DNA of 64,000 bases from Octopus sinensis (taxonomy: Eukaryota): positions 30,628,001-30,692,000 of the forward strand of contig NC_042997.1 of assembly GCF_006345805.1 (NCBI RefSeq). Reading direction: 5' to 3'. Of the stretch, positions 36,785 through 49,675 are shown piece after piece. Position numbers and translations under genes: made by a program. The notes below the pieces were generated by a model, which saw only the letters and a list, made by a program, of their open reading frames with translations, ran no database searches and was not told where the DNA came from. Every line of letters starts with the position of its first letter. Position 1 is the first letter of the stretch.

Positions 36785-38089
36785 CTACAAATACAGTAGT
36801 TGGGAAAGATTAAAGAAACGAAGGGGAAAAAAACATTCATGTTATTTATATTACAATCAAAGAAACAAGCAAAAGAACAAGTATCAAATCAAACCAAGGG
36901 TCGCTTACTATGTGCGTGAGCATTTGTTTGTACTTCTCTGCATATCTGACATGTGTATATGCTTTTACATGTGTATGCATAAGCATTCAGGTGTGTGTGT
37001 GTGTATGTATTAATATTCATATCTGTGTGTACACATTAGCATTCATATCTGTGTACTAGAATTCATGTGTGTGTGTTAGCATTCAGGTGCATATGCATTA
37101 TGTGTAAGCGGTAGTATTCATGTGAGTATGTATTAGGATTCATGTGTGCATGTATATGTGCTTGTATTCATGCATATTTGCATCTGTATTTAAGTGTATA
37201 TGCACTTGAATTCATGCGTGTATGTGCATGTATCCAAAAATGTGTATGTATGGGATCATGTCCTTGTCTGTGGATATAAATGCATGTAAACTTGCATGTC
37301 CACTTACATGCATGTCTATGAGTGCTTCCTTGCATGTTTGTGTCTGTAGGAGTGTGGTTTCTAATACTAACACAGTGCTACAAATATTAAGTGGAACGCT
37401 GAACTCAACTCCATACCTACCTGGTATTTATATTGTCATCTTTAGAAGAAAAAAAAAGCAAAGTTGACCTCACTATTAAGTTCGAAGAGATGTAACAAAC
37501 ACTACACAGTATTTTGTCGTGTATGGCTCTTATTTTGCAATCCATTAACCTATTAGATGTGAGGGTGGGAGAGTATATATACATCGGTGCAGGTATGGTT
37601 GAATGGTTTAGAATTTCACTACACAACCATGTAGTTACAGGTGCATTCCTACTGTATGGCACTGTGTGCAACTTCTGTAGCCCTGGGCTGACTAATGTCT
37701 TGAAAAATTGGAAGTTCAAAACTGTACAGAAGTCTGGTGTATAGGCTTTAAGTTGTGTATATTTAATTTTCTTTCTACATCAACATAAAAGGTCAAAGAA
37801 GTATCCTTAGAAAAAATTAATCCAATAAAACTCAGTTCACAACAAAAGATTCATGAAATGATTTAAACTCATCACAGCTAGCTTACAAAACAGTCATCAA
37901 CTGTATACTTTATAACCTAACATCAGTCCATCAATGCATTGTGTCATTACTCAACTCTTAATTGGCCCAGCTCACTTAACTGAAAATAAATACTGGAGCA
38001 GCACATTTCAATAGAAATATAACAAAAGGGTAAATAAGTCATTCAAAGATGCCATATTCAAAGAAACAAATCAGGAAAAATGTACTCAC

Positions 38090-38140
38090 AACGGAGGCAA
38101 TAAATCTACGGACATGCCTATAGACAGGTAGGTGGATCAT
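38090..38140 (-). CDS. MARCHF6: MARCHF6 exon 12: MIHLPVYRHVRRFIASV
   Basis: gtttcag / gtgagt, 51 nt. Confidence 0.94.
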
Positions 38141-38671
38141 CTGAAACACACATGGAAAGACACTCATTATTATTTGTCAAACAAATATCAGAAAAAAATT
38201 ATAAAACAGCAAATAACTCACATGCATCATTTCACAATGTCTTCCATTACTTATACTAATTAGCTCTTCAGATTAACAAGTGAACATGCAGCTCTGTTAG
38301 CTCAACCTACTAAATAGAAGCAGTAGCCAAATCTACCACAAATCATATCCACGTTTAAAAGCAATGAACACAGTCCTATATATATGCCCATAAAGGGAAA
38401 GAACAGCCATAGTTGAAATTCCTTTGACTAGAGGTCTACTGTATCAGGGTTCAACAAAGACCAACTTTCTTTAAAGATATAGCATAAGTTCCTAAACTTT
38501 GGTGACTGGACTGTTAAGTAAATGGAAAACAATTCTCTCCCTGCTCAAGAGACTAAGTATATTACAAGTAACTTTCACAGAAATTTTGGTATTTATTCCC
38601 AAAAGCTGGGTGTGCTAATGCATCAACTGAAACTTCTATGTATTGCTCAGGATAACCATTAATTCACAGGA

Positions 38672-39194
38672 GTATGGGATTCAAGCCTCTTCTCCTTATC
38701 TCCTCAAAGACACACAGCATCTCGAAAGAGTCCAGAAGCTGGCTACCCGCATGGTTCATGGTTTCAAGAATTTGTCTCATGAAGAAAGGCTGAAGACGCT
38801 CAACCTTTATTCTCTAGAAAAACGCCGCCGCCGTGGTGATCTCATTCTCGCTCACAACATCATAAGCAGAAAGTGTAACCTCTCGAAAGAGCTGTTCTTC
38901 ACTCCTGCTCCAGAGCGTCGGCTGCGGGGTCATTCCGAAAAGCTCTATCTGCGACGATTTCATCTCAATCGAAAGAGAGGGGCTTTCTCCGTCCGGGTTG
39001 CGGATCCATGGAACAAGCTGCCAGACGAGATGGTGAAAATGCCGACGACCACTTTGTTCAAAGTCTCCCTTGACCTCAAGTGGTCTGAACTCTTTACATG
39101 AACACCACCCTGTACATAACTCCATGTCCTCCTACATGGCCTTGCTTTTTGCTTTTTGAGCCAAAAAAAAATTAACTAACTAACTAACTAACTC
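38672..39194 (+). mobile_element. CR1-like LINE 3' fragment
   Basis: LERVQKLATRMV..SHEERLKTLNLYSLEKRRRRGDLI..RGH..FSVRVADPWNKLP; (AACT)n tail. Confidence 0.88.
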
Positions 39195-39308
39195 CAAAAT
39201 TCAAATCTAGTTCCCCCAAATTTAACTATATAAACATCACATTAAATTAATAGTCATCATTACATTAAGGTTGTAAGTAAATATAAAAGACAAATACGAA
39301 GAAATTAC

Positions 39309-39512
39309 CTCCTGAATAGGGTTAAATTCCGGATCATTCAAATTCCTGAGAAACCACAACAACCCGGGTCTCAACACTTCACGTAAAAGTAAAATAAATG
39401 AAGCAAAATAGAAAACATACACCATCCCAACTAGCCAGTGAACAAACATTGATGTTCCTGGAGCTAAATGGAAGCTGTTTTTTCTCTCTTTTAAGGTTGC
39501 ATCAAACATCGC
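39309..39512 (-). CDS. MARCHF6: MARCHF6 exon 11: AMFDATLKERKNSFHLAPGTSMFVHWLVGMVYVFYFASFILLLREVLRPGLLWFLRNLNDPEFNPIQE
   Basis: tttcag / gtaatt, 204 nt; highly conserved TEB4/Doa10 (TD) domain. Confidence 0.96.
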
Positions 39513-41161
39513 CTGAAATAATAACCAAAATAACATGTATGGTAATAATGAAGTTTTGAAATAGTGAAAATGACAAAACAATTCTTCACTAAATAGAACA
39601 AGGATTCTTAACCATTTCTGTTCCATTTAAACATTTGAAAGTAAATTCACTCCCATTCTGAGGTTGTTGTTTTTTTTTAATTAGTAATTGGAGTTTACAC
39701 ACCTACCACCTTAATAAAACAGCCAGCAAAAGAGGAATGTTAAAATACCGTTTTTAGACATCTATTAATTCAAGTTCAAATAACAATAGCACACAGCCAT
39801 GATATTTCATTTATTTATGACTTAATGATCAAAAGATACCAGAACCAGAGTCTTCTGAATTAGACTTCTCTACTAGCAACATAATAATTAAGAAGTAGAT
39901 TGTTAAGTTCCAAATGGTAGAAAGAAAAGCAAATTGAAGTTTTTCACAAAATATACTTCAAATTTTTTATCATCAAATTCAGACTTTTTATAATTATATA
40001 TCAAGAAAAAAATATATACAAATCTAAAATCAGCAAATTTGCTCTCTTGGTAGGCAAAATTTATTCCCTTGATATATGGCCTTTTTTATTTTCCTTAACA
40101 ACTACCTAGAAAAATTGAAGATGCTGGTTTTATGCTAAAGATTTTTTGGGGGTTATTTTTTTGCATCTTATTATTTACAGCAAAATTTAAGTTCAGTAAT
40201 GCAATCTTATGTGAATGATATGAGACCTACTAAACTAGATTTTAATTAGTCCAACTTAAGTCTCTTCTATGCTATTTTTGACACAAAGAGTACAAAACCT
40301 ATCTAGATTTCTATAGCAGAGCCAGAACATATATCATATTTGTATCAAAGTTGACACTACATATTACAAAATACCGAGTTAGTGTGTAGTGTGGCAATCA
40401 GAGAACATATAATCCGTTTCGTTTGTATTGTGTTCTGTTTTGTTTTTAATGCAGAACAAAAAAGATATGGAACAATGTCAAAACCTAAGCTCTATGCATT
40501 CAATTTTTTTTCTTCTTTTGGTGGGAAAGGATCTCTTGTGTGTCTCTTAATGAATCATATCTGATGCAATTTCAGGTCAATATTTTTCTCTAAAATAAAA
40601 TACAAGAATTTTAAACTTTTCATTAGAAACAGTGTCTACAGTACTTACACAAGTGAAAATTCTTTGGTTCATTAAAATGTCTAAATTATAGGCAATCTTT
40701 ATATCTAACTTAACGTGGATATTTTGTTAGAATGCCGAACAGCCACATTAAGTTGGATATAAAGATTGCCTTTTGATATTAATACTGCTTCTGTCACTAA
40801 CAACTACGTCTAAATTAAATCATCTGAACAAGTACTATAGTAGAAGATTATTAACTGGATTTTCAGCTCATTTTCTTATAACATGTGTTGTGTAATATTT
40901 CAAAGACTGGCAACAGGAAATAAACCAATTTATAAAAGAAATCCTAGCAGTAACCACATGAAATATAGAGTACAGAATTGAGGGGACAGAGAAAGATCTT
41001 GGGTACTGAAGTCAGCACACAAATACCGTTATGGGAATAAGATGAAATGTCATTTAGATAATATACTAACCAACTCCCAGAACAGGTGTTGAAAATAGAA
41101 CATCATTCTGATGACACAGAGGGGAGAAAAAGTAAGGAAGAAAAATTCTAGAAGAACTTAC

Positions 41162-41276
41162 CAGAGAACACACATCGAGCCACCAGCCACAAATTAATGG
41201 GAACACGCCAATCTCCACTACAACGAGTAGTTTCACTTTAACAACAACATAGCAAAGTCCAATAAGCCTCCTGAAT
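41162..41276 (-). CDS. MARCHF6: MARCHF6 exon 10: (R)FRRLIGLCYVVVKVKLLVVVEIGVFPLICGWWLDVCSL
   Basis: ccttcaag / gtaagt, 115 nt; an alternative in-frame acceptor would start the exon at 41270. Confidence 0.92.
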
Positions 41277-42519
41277 CTTGAAGGAAAAATAAAAAGGAAA
41301 ATATTTATCATCATCATTTAACGTCCGTTTTCCGCGCTAGCACGGGTTGGACGGTTCGACCGGGGTCTGGGAAGCCAGGGGCTGCTCCAGGCTACAGTCT
41401 GATCTGGCAGAGTTTCTACGGCTGGATGCCCTTCCTAACGCCAACTACTCCGCGAGTGTAGTGGGTGCTTTTTACGTGCCACCTGCACAGGTGCCAGGGG
41501 GGGGTCCGGCATCGGCCACGATCGGTTGTGTGATGGAATCTGTTTTCTGAGTGTCTGTGGTGTCTATTGTCCCTGTGCATCTGCCGCACATGAAAGCTAT
41601 CTTATCAGTTAATTTCCCTTTAATGTTGCTGCACCTCTTATACATCCATAGCTTACATTGGGTGCATCTTATGGAGTTTCTACCTACACCTTTCCTACAG
41701 ATCGAGCAGGGCCACCTGCCCGAGGGGGTGTGTGCTGAGTTCGCCTTTCTGCTTACTATAACTTTGGTCTTTGCTACATTTACTCTACATCATCATCATT
41801 ATTATCATTTAACATCCTTTTTTCCATGCTGCCATGGGTTGAATGGTTTGACAAAAGGAGACGAGCCAAGGGGGCTCTGCCAGGTTCTATGTCTATTTTG
41901 GCATGGTTTCTACAGCTGGATGCCCTTCCGAATGCCAACCACTTAACAGAGTGTACTGGGTGCATTTTACATGCATGGATGTGGTAAAAACTTTGCTTCC
42001 CAAACGCATGGTTTCTGGTTCAGTCCTACTACTTGGCACCTTAGGCAAGCTTCTTCTACTATAGCCTCAGGCTGGCCATAGCTTTGTGAATAGAATTGGT
42101 TGGCTGAAAATGAAAGACCACCATGTGTGTGTGTGTGTGTGTGTACAAACACACACATATGTGCATATGAAGGGCATCCGCTGTAGAAAACTCATGTAAA
42201 CAAATTCCATCTGACCCATGCAAGCATGGAAAGTGAACATTAAAATGATCATGATATATTGTGTGTGTGAGTGTGTGTGTATACATGACATGCTATATGT
42301 ATGTATGCTCATGGGCAAGAAACTAGTTGAGGTGACCTTTGACCCGATGGTAGTCAGCTGAATGAAGAGGTGCAGTGGATGAGCCTTTTAAGCCAACAAA
42401 GGAGCACTTATACAATTATTCAACCAATTCACAAATCAGCTTCAAATTTCACTGTCCAATTTAAAAATGGATTCAGATATTAATATACTGGATAAAATAG
42501 TGCAGTCTTATTCATTTAT

Positions 42520-43131
42520 TTGTTTCAGTCATTTGACTGTGGCCATGTTGGAGCACCACCTTTAGTCAAACAAATCGACCCCAGAACTTATTCTTTGTAA
42601 GTCTCTTTTGCCGAACCGCTAAGTTACAGGGATGTAAACACACCACCATCGGTTGTCAAGCGATGTTGGTGGGGACAAACACAGACGCACAAACACACAC
42701 ACACACATACATATATACGATGGACTTCTTTCATTTTCAGTCTACCAAATCCACTCACAAGGCTTTGGTCGGCCCAAGGCTATAGTAGAAGACACTTGCC
42801 TAAGGTGCCACACAGTGGGACTGAACCTGGAACCATGTAGTTGGGAAGTAAGCTTCTTACCACACAGCCACCCCTGTGCCTATCTGCTTAATTAAGATAA
42901 GGAACTACTAAGTTATGGGGACATAAACACACCAACATTGGTTGTCAAGCAACGGCAGAGGGACAGACACACACACACACATCAGGCTTCTCTCAGTTTC
43001 CATCTACCAAATTCATTTACAAGGCTTTGGTCGGCCCGAGGCTATAGAAGACACTTTCCCAAGGTGCCACACAGTGAAACTGAACCCAGAACCATATGGT
43101 TGGGAAGCAAGCTCCTTACCAGACAGCCACG
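42520..43131 (-). mobile_element. Two adjacent family A SINEs
   Basis: 42520-42880 and partial 42905-43131. Confidence 0.8.
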
Positions 43132-43231
43132 CTGATAACTGATGATGCAGTGAGAATATTTTAATGTCATGTCTCTAGCTAGAGCAGCATACCCAACCAG
43201 GTGAATCGCATGCTCTTTATAGAGGATAAGT

Positions 43232-43617
43232 GTGGAGGTGCAATGGCCCAGTGGTTAGGGCAGCGAATTCGCGGTCATAGGATCGCGGTTTCAATTCCCA
43301 GACTGGGCGTTGTGAGTGTTTATTGAGCGAAAACACCTTAAAGCTCCACGAGGCTCCGACAGGGGATGGTGGTGATCCCTGCTGTACTCTTTCACCACAA
43401 CTTTCTCTCACTCTTACTTCCTGTTTCTGTTGTACCTGTATTTCAAGGGGCCGGCCTTGTCACTCTCTGTGTCACGCTGAATATCCCCGAGAACTACGTT
43501 AAGGGTACACGTGTCTGTGGAGTGCTCAGCCACTTACACGTTAATTTCACGAGCAGGCTGTTCCGTTGATTCGGATCAACCAGAACCCTTGTCGTCGTAA
43601 CCGACGGAGTGCTTCCA
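43232..43617 (+). mobile_element. SINE family C, tail type 3
   Basis: Same head, a third 3' half. Confidence 0.8.
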
Positions 43618-44091
43618 TAGTGGATAAGTAGTGTTTTATAAAGATCCAGCTGGTGTTTGAATAGTTTGGGCCCTGAATTGTGATTGAAACAATTTTAGTC
43701 ATAGATGGGATGTGAATGTTTCAATGAGAAGTTTTAAGAGGTTGTTTAGGCCTAGCATTAAGTGGCAAAATTGTTTTAGGAGTGTGATGGTTTGTCGTCA
43801 TCATCATTATGTTCTCATTCACAGTATGTGTGAGAGAAGGAGAGGTGCTGAAAGAAACAGAGCAAAAGAATATGTGAGGGCAAAAGAGTGCATCTAAGAG
43901 AGAGAGAGAGACGGAGAGAGAGAATATGTATGTGTGTGTGAGAGGAGAGACTTTGAGGGAGATAGTGTATGAATGTACAAGTCTGTTCATATATTTGGCT
44001 GTGTGGGTGTATAAATGCAAAAGTGTGAGAGTATGCACATAACTGTGTATATATACATGAATAACAAAAGAGGAAAGAATTAGGGTATATA

Positions 44092-44661
44092 CAAGGGGTG
44101 CTGGAAAGTTCCTGGTTTTAAAGGTAACGTGAAAGGCCTGGTTGGAGACCCAACCTTCCAAGTTCTTTTACAGGGGTTAGAAAAACTGAAGGACTGCTGT
44201 AATGAGTCTAAGAGGGGAATCATCATCATCATCATCATTTAACGTCTGCTTTCCATGCTAGCATGGGTTGGACGGTTTGACTGAGGGCTGGCAAACCAGA
44301 TGTCTGCACCAGACTCCAGTCTTGATTCTGGCAGAGTTTCTACAGCTGGATGCCCTTCCTAACGCCAACCACTCCGTGAGTGTAGTGGGTGCTTTTTACG
44401 TGCCACCTGCACAGGTGCCAGGCGAGGCTGGCATCGGCCACGGTCGGATTGGTGCATCCGCTTTCCATGCTAGCATGGGTTGGACGGTTTGACTGAGGGC
44501 TGCACCAGACTCCAGTCTTGATCCGGCAGAGTTTCTACAGCTGGATGCCCTTCCTAATGCCAACCACTCCGAGAGTGGAATATGTGGAATAAAATCTTAA
44601 TTAACTGACCCTCCTCCTGTATTTTCTTTTACTCAAAATCAAGAACTTTTCAGCACCCCCT
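44092..44661. mobile_element. Mariner-type MITE interrupted by a (TGA)n-family repeat (44221-44576)
   Basis: TA-flanked imperfect TIRs caaggggtgctggaaagttc / gaacttttcagcacccct. Confidence 0.6.
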
Positions 44662-44741
44662 TATTGTTTGTGTGTGTGTGTGTGTGTGTGTGAGAACGTG
44701 TGCATGCATAAAAATTTTACAGAGAAGAATGTTCAACATAC

Positions 44742-44851
44742 CTTTTGATGCGCACCAGAGCACAAAGAAGGTAGAGGGATACAAGACCCAATGCAAATAC
44801 AATGTAACCAGTGAGTGCAGTTAAGAGGCCTTCAAAATGGGATGCCACAAC
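44742..44851 (-). CDS. MARCHF6: MARCHF6 exon 9: VVASHFEGLLTALTGYIVFALGLVSLYLLCALVRIK(R)
   Basis: atatag / gtatgt, 110 nt; ASHFEGL motif. Confidence 0.93.
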
Positions 44852-44992
44852 CTATATTAATAACAACAGTATTTTTTATAAGGAAGGAGATACAGATGGA
44901 GCAGAAAAATGAAAGAAACAATAAATTAGAATAAGAATGGTAATTACAAAATGAGATCATATGAAAGTGAATGAGGAGAGAGAGAGAAGCAT

Positions 44993-45261
44993 ATGAAGAG
45001 AGAAAGTGAGAAGAAAAGAGAGAGACGAGAAAAGAAAAGAGAGAGACGAGAAAAGAAAAGAGAGAAAGTGAGAAGAAAAGAGAGAGACGAGAAAAGAAAA
45101 GAGAGAGACGAGAAAAGAAAAGAGAGAGACGAGAAAAGAAAAGAGAGACGAGAAAAGAAAAGAGAGAGACGAGAAAAGAAAAGAGAGATGAGAAAAGAAA
45201 AGAGAGAGACGAGAAAAGAAAAGAGAGAGACGAGAAAAGAAAAGAGAGAGACGAGAAAAGA
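44993..45261. repeat. Purine-rich tandem repeat, about (GAGAAAAGAAAAGAGAGAGAC)n
   Basis: About 12 units of 19-21 bp. Confidence 0.92.
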
Positions 45262-45288
45262 AATAGTAATTATGATATTTTAACTTAC

Positions 45289-45347
45289 AAAATCATCAAT
45301 TTTAAGGCCAACCAAAGTAAAGTGACCAATGTGATATGGACAAAATG
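45289..45347 (-). CDS. MARCHF6: MARCHF6 exon 8: (A)FCPYHIGHFTLVGLKIDDF
   Basis: ttccag / gtaagt, 59 nt. Confidence 0.94.
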
Positions 45348-45998
45348 CTGGAACAAAGAAGAAAAAAACAGTACTTTAGAAGGAAGTGTTTCGTAAAAAG
45401 TAAGAGGAGAATCCAAAAGATTGTACATAACAGTGCAGGCTCAAATGCTTGTAATAGAGTGGATGCAACTAAAGGCATCCAAGGACCAGGTGATGGTAGT
45501 AAACCAGACAACAAATTGAGTATACAACCAAGTCAGTCATGGCAAACTTTCAACTCAAAATGCAAAGAGCTAGAACAAATACCCTGATGCTTCCCATCCA
45601 ATGCTCTGATTTCCACCAGTCCACAGCTCTTGACTGATATTTATGAACCCCAAAAGGATGAAAGGTAAAGTTTAACCATCACAAATTTTGAATTCGGCAG
45701 GCAGGGAGCCAAAATAAATATCACACAGCATTTTAGCCACTGCTCTAACAACTTTACCTTCCCAATATGCACCACTCATCAATACATTAACAATACAGAT
45801 ACACCATACCAGCTAAGTCAATTTGTGCAATACAGATGACAAATATCTTTGGTCCTCAGCTAGTTTTTGCCTTCATTGTTCATGCAAGCTAGCATACACT
45901 TTCCCCCAATTTTGTAGAATACTTTTTCTTTTCTTTTTTTTAATGATATCAATAAAGTTTGTTTGAAAATATAAATAGTCATGTAATGTAATACTTAC

Positions 45999-46050
45999 CA
46001 AACACCAAAATGAAAAGTGTATTCAGAGATACAACCCAGAAAACATGCTC
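45999..46050 (-). CDS. MARCHF6: MARCHF6 exon 7: EHVFWVVSLNTLFILVF(A)
   Basis: cttcag / gtaagt, 52 nt. Confidence 0.95.
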
Positions 46051-46379
46051 CTGAAGAAGAAAGAAAAAAAAACATAGGTGACTAAAATACTGATAACTAT
46101 TTCGGATATTTTCTCACATTATTTAAACCTTATGAAGCAAACCTACATAAATATAATACTGATCAAATTTTTATGAAATATTTTTCTTTTTGGGAATATG
46201 CTTTTTTTCAACACTTTTATATGGATGTGTGTGTGTGTGTGTGTATATGTATATATATATTTTTATGTATCAAATGAAATAAAAAAACAGAACATTTCAT
46301 TTGATACGTATATCCTCTCACCTCTGCTACTAGCTGGCATATACAGGTGCTTACATTTATCAAGTATTCACCCTGAATT

Positions 46380-46418
<39 letters not shown>

Positions 46419-47105
46419 TACCCACATTATATTTCAATCATTATCATCCTCTCTTGATATAGAGATATATATCCAAGACTACATTATTCAACGTGTCCTT
46501 CTTTTTTTAAAAAGAAAAAACTATAATGGTAGGATATGATTTCTGGAAGATTGAATGCTATTCAAGTGAAGTAGCCATGAAGGAGCTCCCAGACTGGCTC
46601 AAATAGAATCTTTTTTGTCGGTCGAATTGCTTGGGCATAGTTAAAATAACTTGCCAGTTATTTCGCACATAGTCAGGAGTTCAAACCTTAATTCAAAGTC
46701 ATTGTGTTATCATAACTAAAAGCCTGTTAGAGTGGCCTCAGGCAGGTTGGTATCAAAAGATTTAATACTACAGAAAGCATAAGTAAGCATTGGCCTTAGG
46801 TACCATTAAGATTCAGAAAACAAGCTTATTCATTTAGCATCTCGTTCTCTTGACCTACCAACAACTGCATAAATTATTTTATCCAATATGAATATCATCA
46901 CCATCATTTTTACATCTGTTTCCCATGGGTTGAACAGATCATCATAGTCCAAGTCAGTCCTTATTGGTTGCAGTTACTCTCAAATAACTATGCCTTACTC
47001 AAAAAATTCAAGTCATTGCTAGTTCAGATGACATTCATTTGGGGTCAGTGAAAGAAGTTAAAATACCCCATAAAAACACATATACATCTTGAGAAATATA
47101 CTTAC

Positions 47106-47138
47106 AAGAAACACCAGAGAGCCATCTAAACCCAACAA
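47106..47138 (-). CDS. MARCHF6: MARCHF6 exon 6 (33-nt microexon): LLGLDGSLVFL
   Basis: ttttcag / gtaag, phase 0/0; conserved LGLDGSLVFL motif. Confidence 0.93.
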
Positions 47139-47759
47139 CTGAAAAGAAAGAAATACGACTCATTGTTAGATATCATGTTAATTGTACACAGGCTGCATCA
47201 GTAAAACTACTGAAATCACTGGCTAAAATATGTTTGCATTTATGTTTACATAAAAGAAGAAAATTTAATCCAATAACACTAGTAAATTATAAGGCTTTCA
47301 TTTGGCAAGGTTTCTGTGACCACAGATGCACATATATTTGATAAGATAATGGATAACCAACCAAGAACTCAACAGATTGCATCCAATCCTCAGTATTGTA
47401 CAGTGTCCACGATCAAAACACTTAAATGGTCCAAGTACTGCAGTGTAGACACAATTTGATCAATGTAAGAAGTCTAGTGTGACTCTATAATTTCTGTCAT
47501 TACAGAGTCTTGTAGTTTCAAATCTTGGCAGAGGGCCAGTAATTTTGGAGGGAGGGGGCAAATTGATTATATCAACCCTGGGACTTGACTGGCACTTATT
47601 TTTATCAACTCCGAAAGGATGAAAGGCAAAGTCAATCTTAGTGGAATATGAATTCAGGTTATTACTCAAGGTAAGAACCTAAGAGAGGTTGTCATGTCCT
47701 TGTGCAGACTAAAGGCATCTCTCAACCTTATACTGTCTTCACTTATTTGCTAACCATTT

Positions 47760-48334
47760 TACAGAGTGTAATAGACCACCTTCGATCATGAATGACCATG
47801 GGATTGAACCTAGAAAGTTCCCCTCCGGGGCACAAGTCCAGGCAAGGTTAGGGAAGAGCAACAGTAACCTATACATATCAGTCTCTCCTCTCCACACCAC
47901 CTATGTTGTCCAAAGGAAAGGAGAGCTGGCAGAAAGTTAGCACGCTAGGCGAAATGCTTAGCGGTATTCCGTCTGCTGCTACATTCTGAGTTCAAATTCC
48001 GCCAAGGTCGACTTTGCATTTCATCCTTTTGGGGTCAATTAAATAAGTACCAGTTACAAACTGGGGTCGATATAATCAACTTAATCTGTTTGTCTGTCCT
48101 TGTTTGTCCCCTCTATGTTTAGCCCCTTGTGGGCAGTAAAGAAATAAGGAAAGGCAGAGGCCAATACAGATTGGCATCAGTGCTGTCGCAATTCACTTCT
48201 ACAGCTGAGTGGACTGGAACAATGTGAAATAAAGTGTCTTGCTCAAGAACACAACACACACCCCAGTCCAGGAATCGAACTCACAACCTCACAATTGTTA
48301 GCCCAACGCTCTAACCACTGAGCTACGCACCTTC
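47760..48334 (-). mobile_element. tRNA-derived CORE-like SINE (family E) with a nested plus-strand family B copy (47922-48145)
   Basis: Head GGTGCGTAGCTCAGTGG..GAGTTCGATTCC; CORE-like TTGAGCAAGACACTTTATTTCAC; nested copy has TSD AAGGAAAGG at 47913-47921 and 48146-48154. Confidence 0.75.
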
Positions 48335-49320
48335 TTAGAGAATATACTAGGTACATTTTATAATGGCATCAATACTAATGAGGTTGTCTTGTGTTCCACA
48401 AAGCTAAGGAGCCCCTAAAGAGTTGTAGCTTTTAATGGCCTTTGCCAAAGGCAATCATAACCAATGACAAGATCCTTCAGCAACTAATTTGCAAGGCAGC
48501 ATTACGATCATAATACAAACCTTACAGCAAAACTTAAGCCTTCCTTAATCAATCAGCCTGTTATCAGAAGAGTAAATCAATAATTCAACTTTTCAAATTC
48601 TATAGCATTCCTAAATGGATGACAAAGCCTATCAGCAAGATCTAATTTTCTGAGTACACCCACACGATAAAAGTAAACATTGAAAGTTAACAAAACAAGT
48701 CAAATTTGACAGTACCGTGGATGCTTGCATTGGTGAGTTGCTCTTATTTTGCAACACCTTTTTAAACGTGGGTAAACAGAGCCAAGGAGACATACAACAT
48801 AGCACGGCTGAGATTATGCTAAACTGCTTAACTCTTGATTGACTTGCCAGTACACAGTCTGGCACCACTGGATGTGAATGGATTAAATGTTTACTATCCT
48901 TTTTTTTTGATAGGTAGAGTTTAAAAAACAAAACTAATTATAAAGAGGCATCAACCTTCCTCATTATCATCATCAACATTCAGCATCCATTTTCCATGCT
49001 GGCATGGCTTGAGAGGAACTGGAAAGGCCAGAGGCCACACCAGATTCCATAGTTTGGGTTTGGTTTCTATGGTCAGATGCCCTTCCTAATGCCAGCTACT
49101 CTACAGAGTGTACTGGGTGCTTTTTATGTGGAACAAGCACCCACACCAATGCCTTTCACATGGCACATTCAATTATGTTGGATCTCAATTATGTTGTGGT
49201 GTACAAGTTTTCTTCAGTACGGCAATGCGCCACATATCTTAGTCCTCTGTCATCTAACAAAGATTTAAAATATAACCATGAGCTATGTCAATGAAAGCTT
49301 AAGTAAGTTAATCCACTTAC

Positions 49321-49382
49321 TCTTTCCCATGTAAGTTCTTCAGCAGCCCGATCCCATTCAATAGGATTCCAATTATTGTCAT
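49321..49382 (-). CDS. MARCHF6: MARCHF6 exon 5: (D)DNNWNPIEWDRAAEELTWER
   Basis: ttcttag / gtaagt, 62 nt; conserved WDRAAEELTWER motif. Confidence 0.95.
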
Positions 49383-49449
49383 CTAAGAAAGAGAAAAAAA
49401 ATAACATTAACATTGTAGGATAGGAAATGAAAACAGTGTATCAAAGGGT

Positions 49450-49675
49450 AAAACAAATGAAGATGCAATGACAGTGAAGATGATACCTATGTAGATGATA
49501 GCAGGAAAGATAGCAACAGCAATAAAGTTTGTAAGGACAAAGAAGATGAAGATAGCAAAAGTGAAATGATAATGGCAAAAATGATGACAAATGAAGAGAA
49601 AGAATACAATGAAGATGATGACAACAAAGATGAAGATACAGAAGAAAATGCTGTTGATGATGATGATGCTTTATA
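49450..49675. repeat. Degenerate (GAT/GAA)n low-complexity tract
   Basis: Purine-rich trinucleotide-like sequence in the intron upstream of exon 5. Confidence 0.65.

Noticed and set aside
44993-45283. 96-aa K/R/E-rich ORF
   Set aside because: Translation of the purine tandem repeat in an intron
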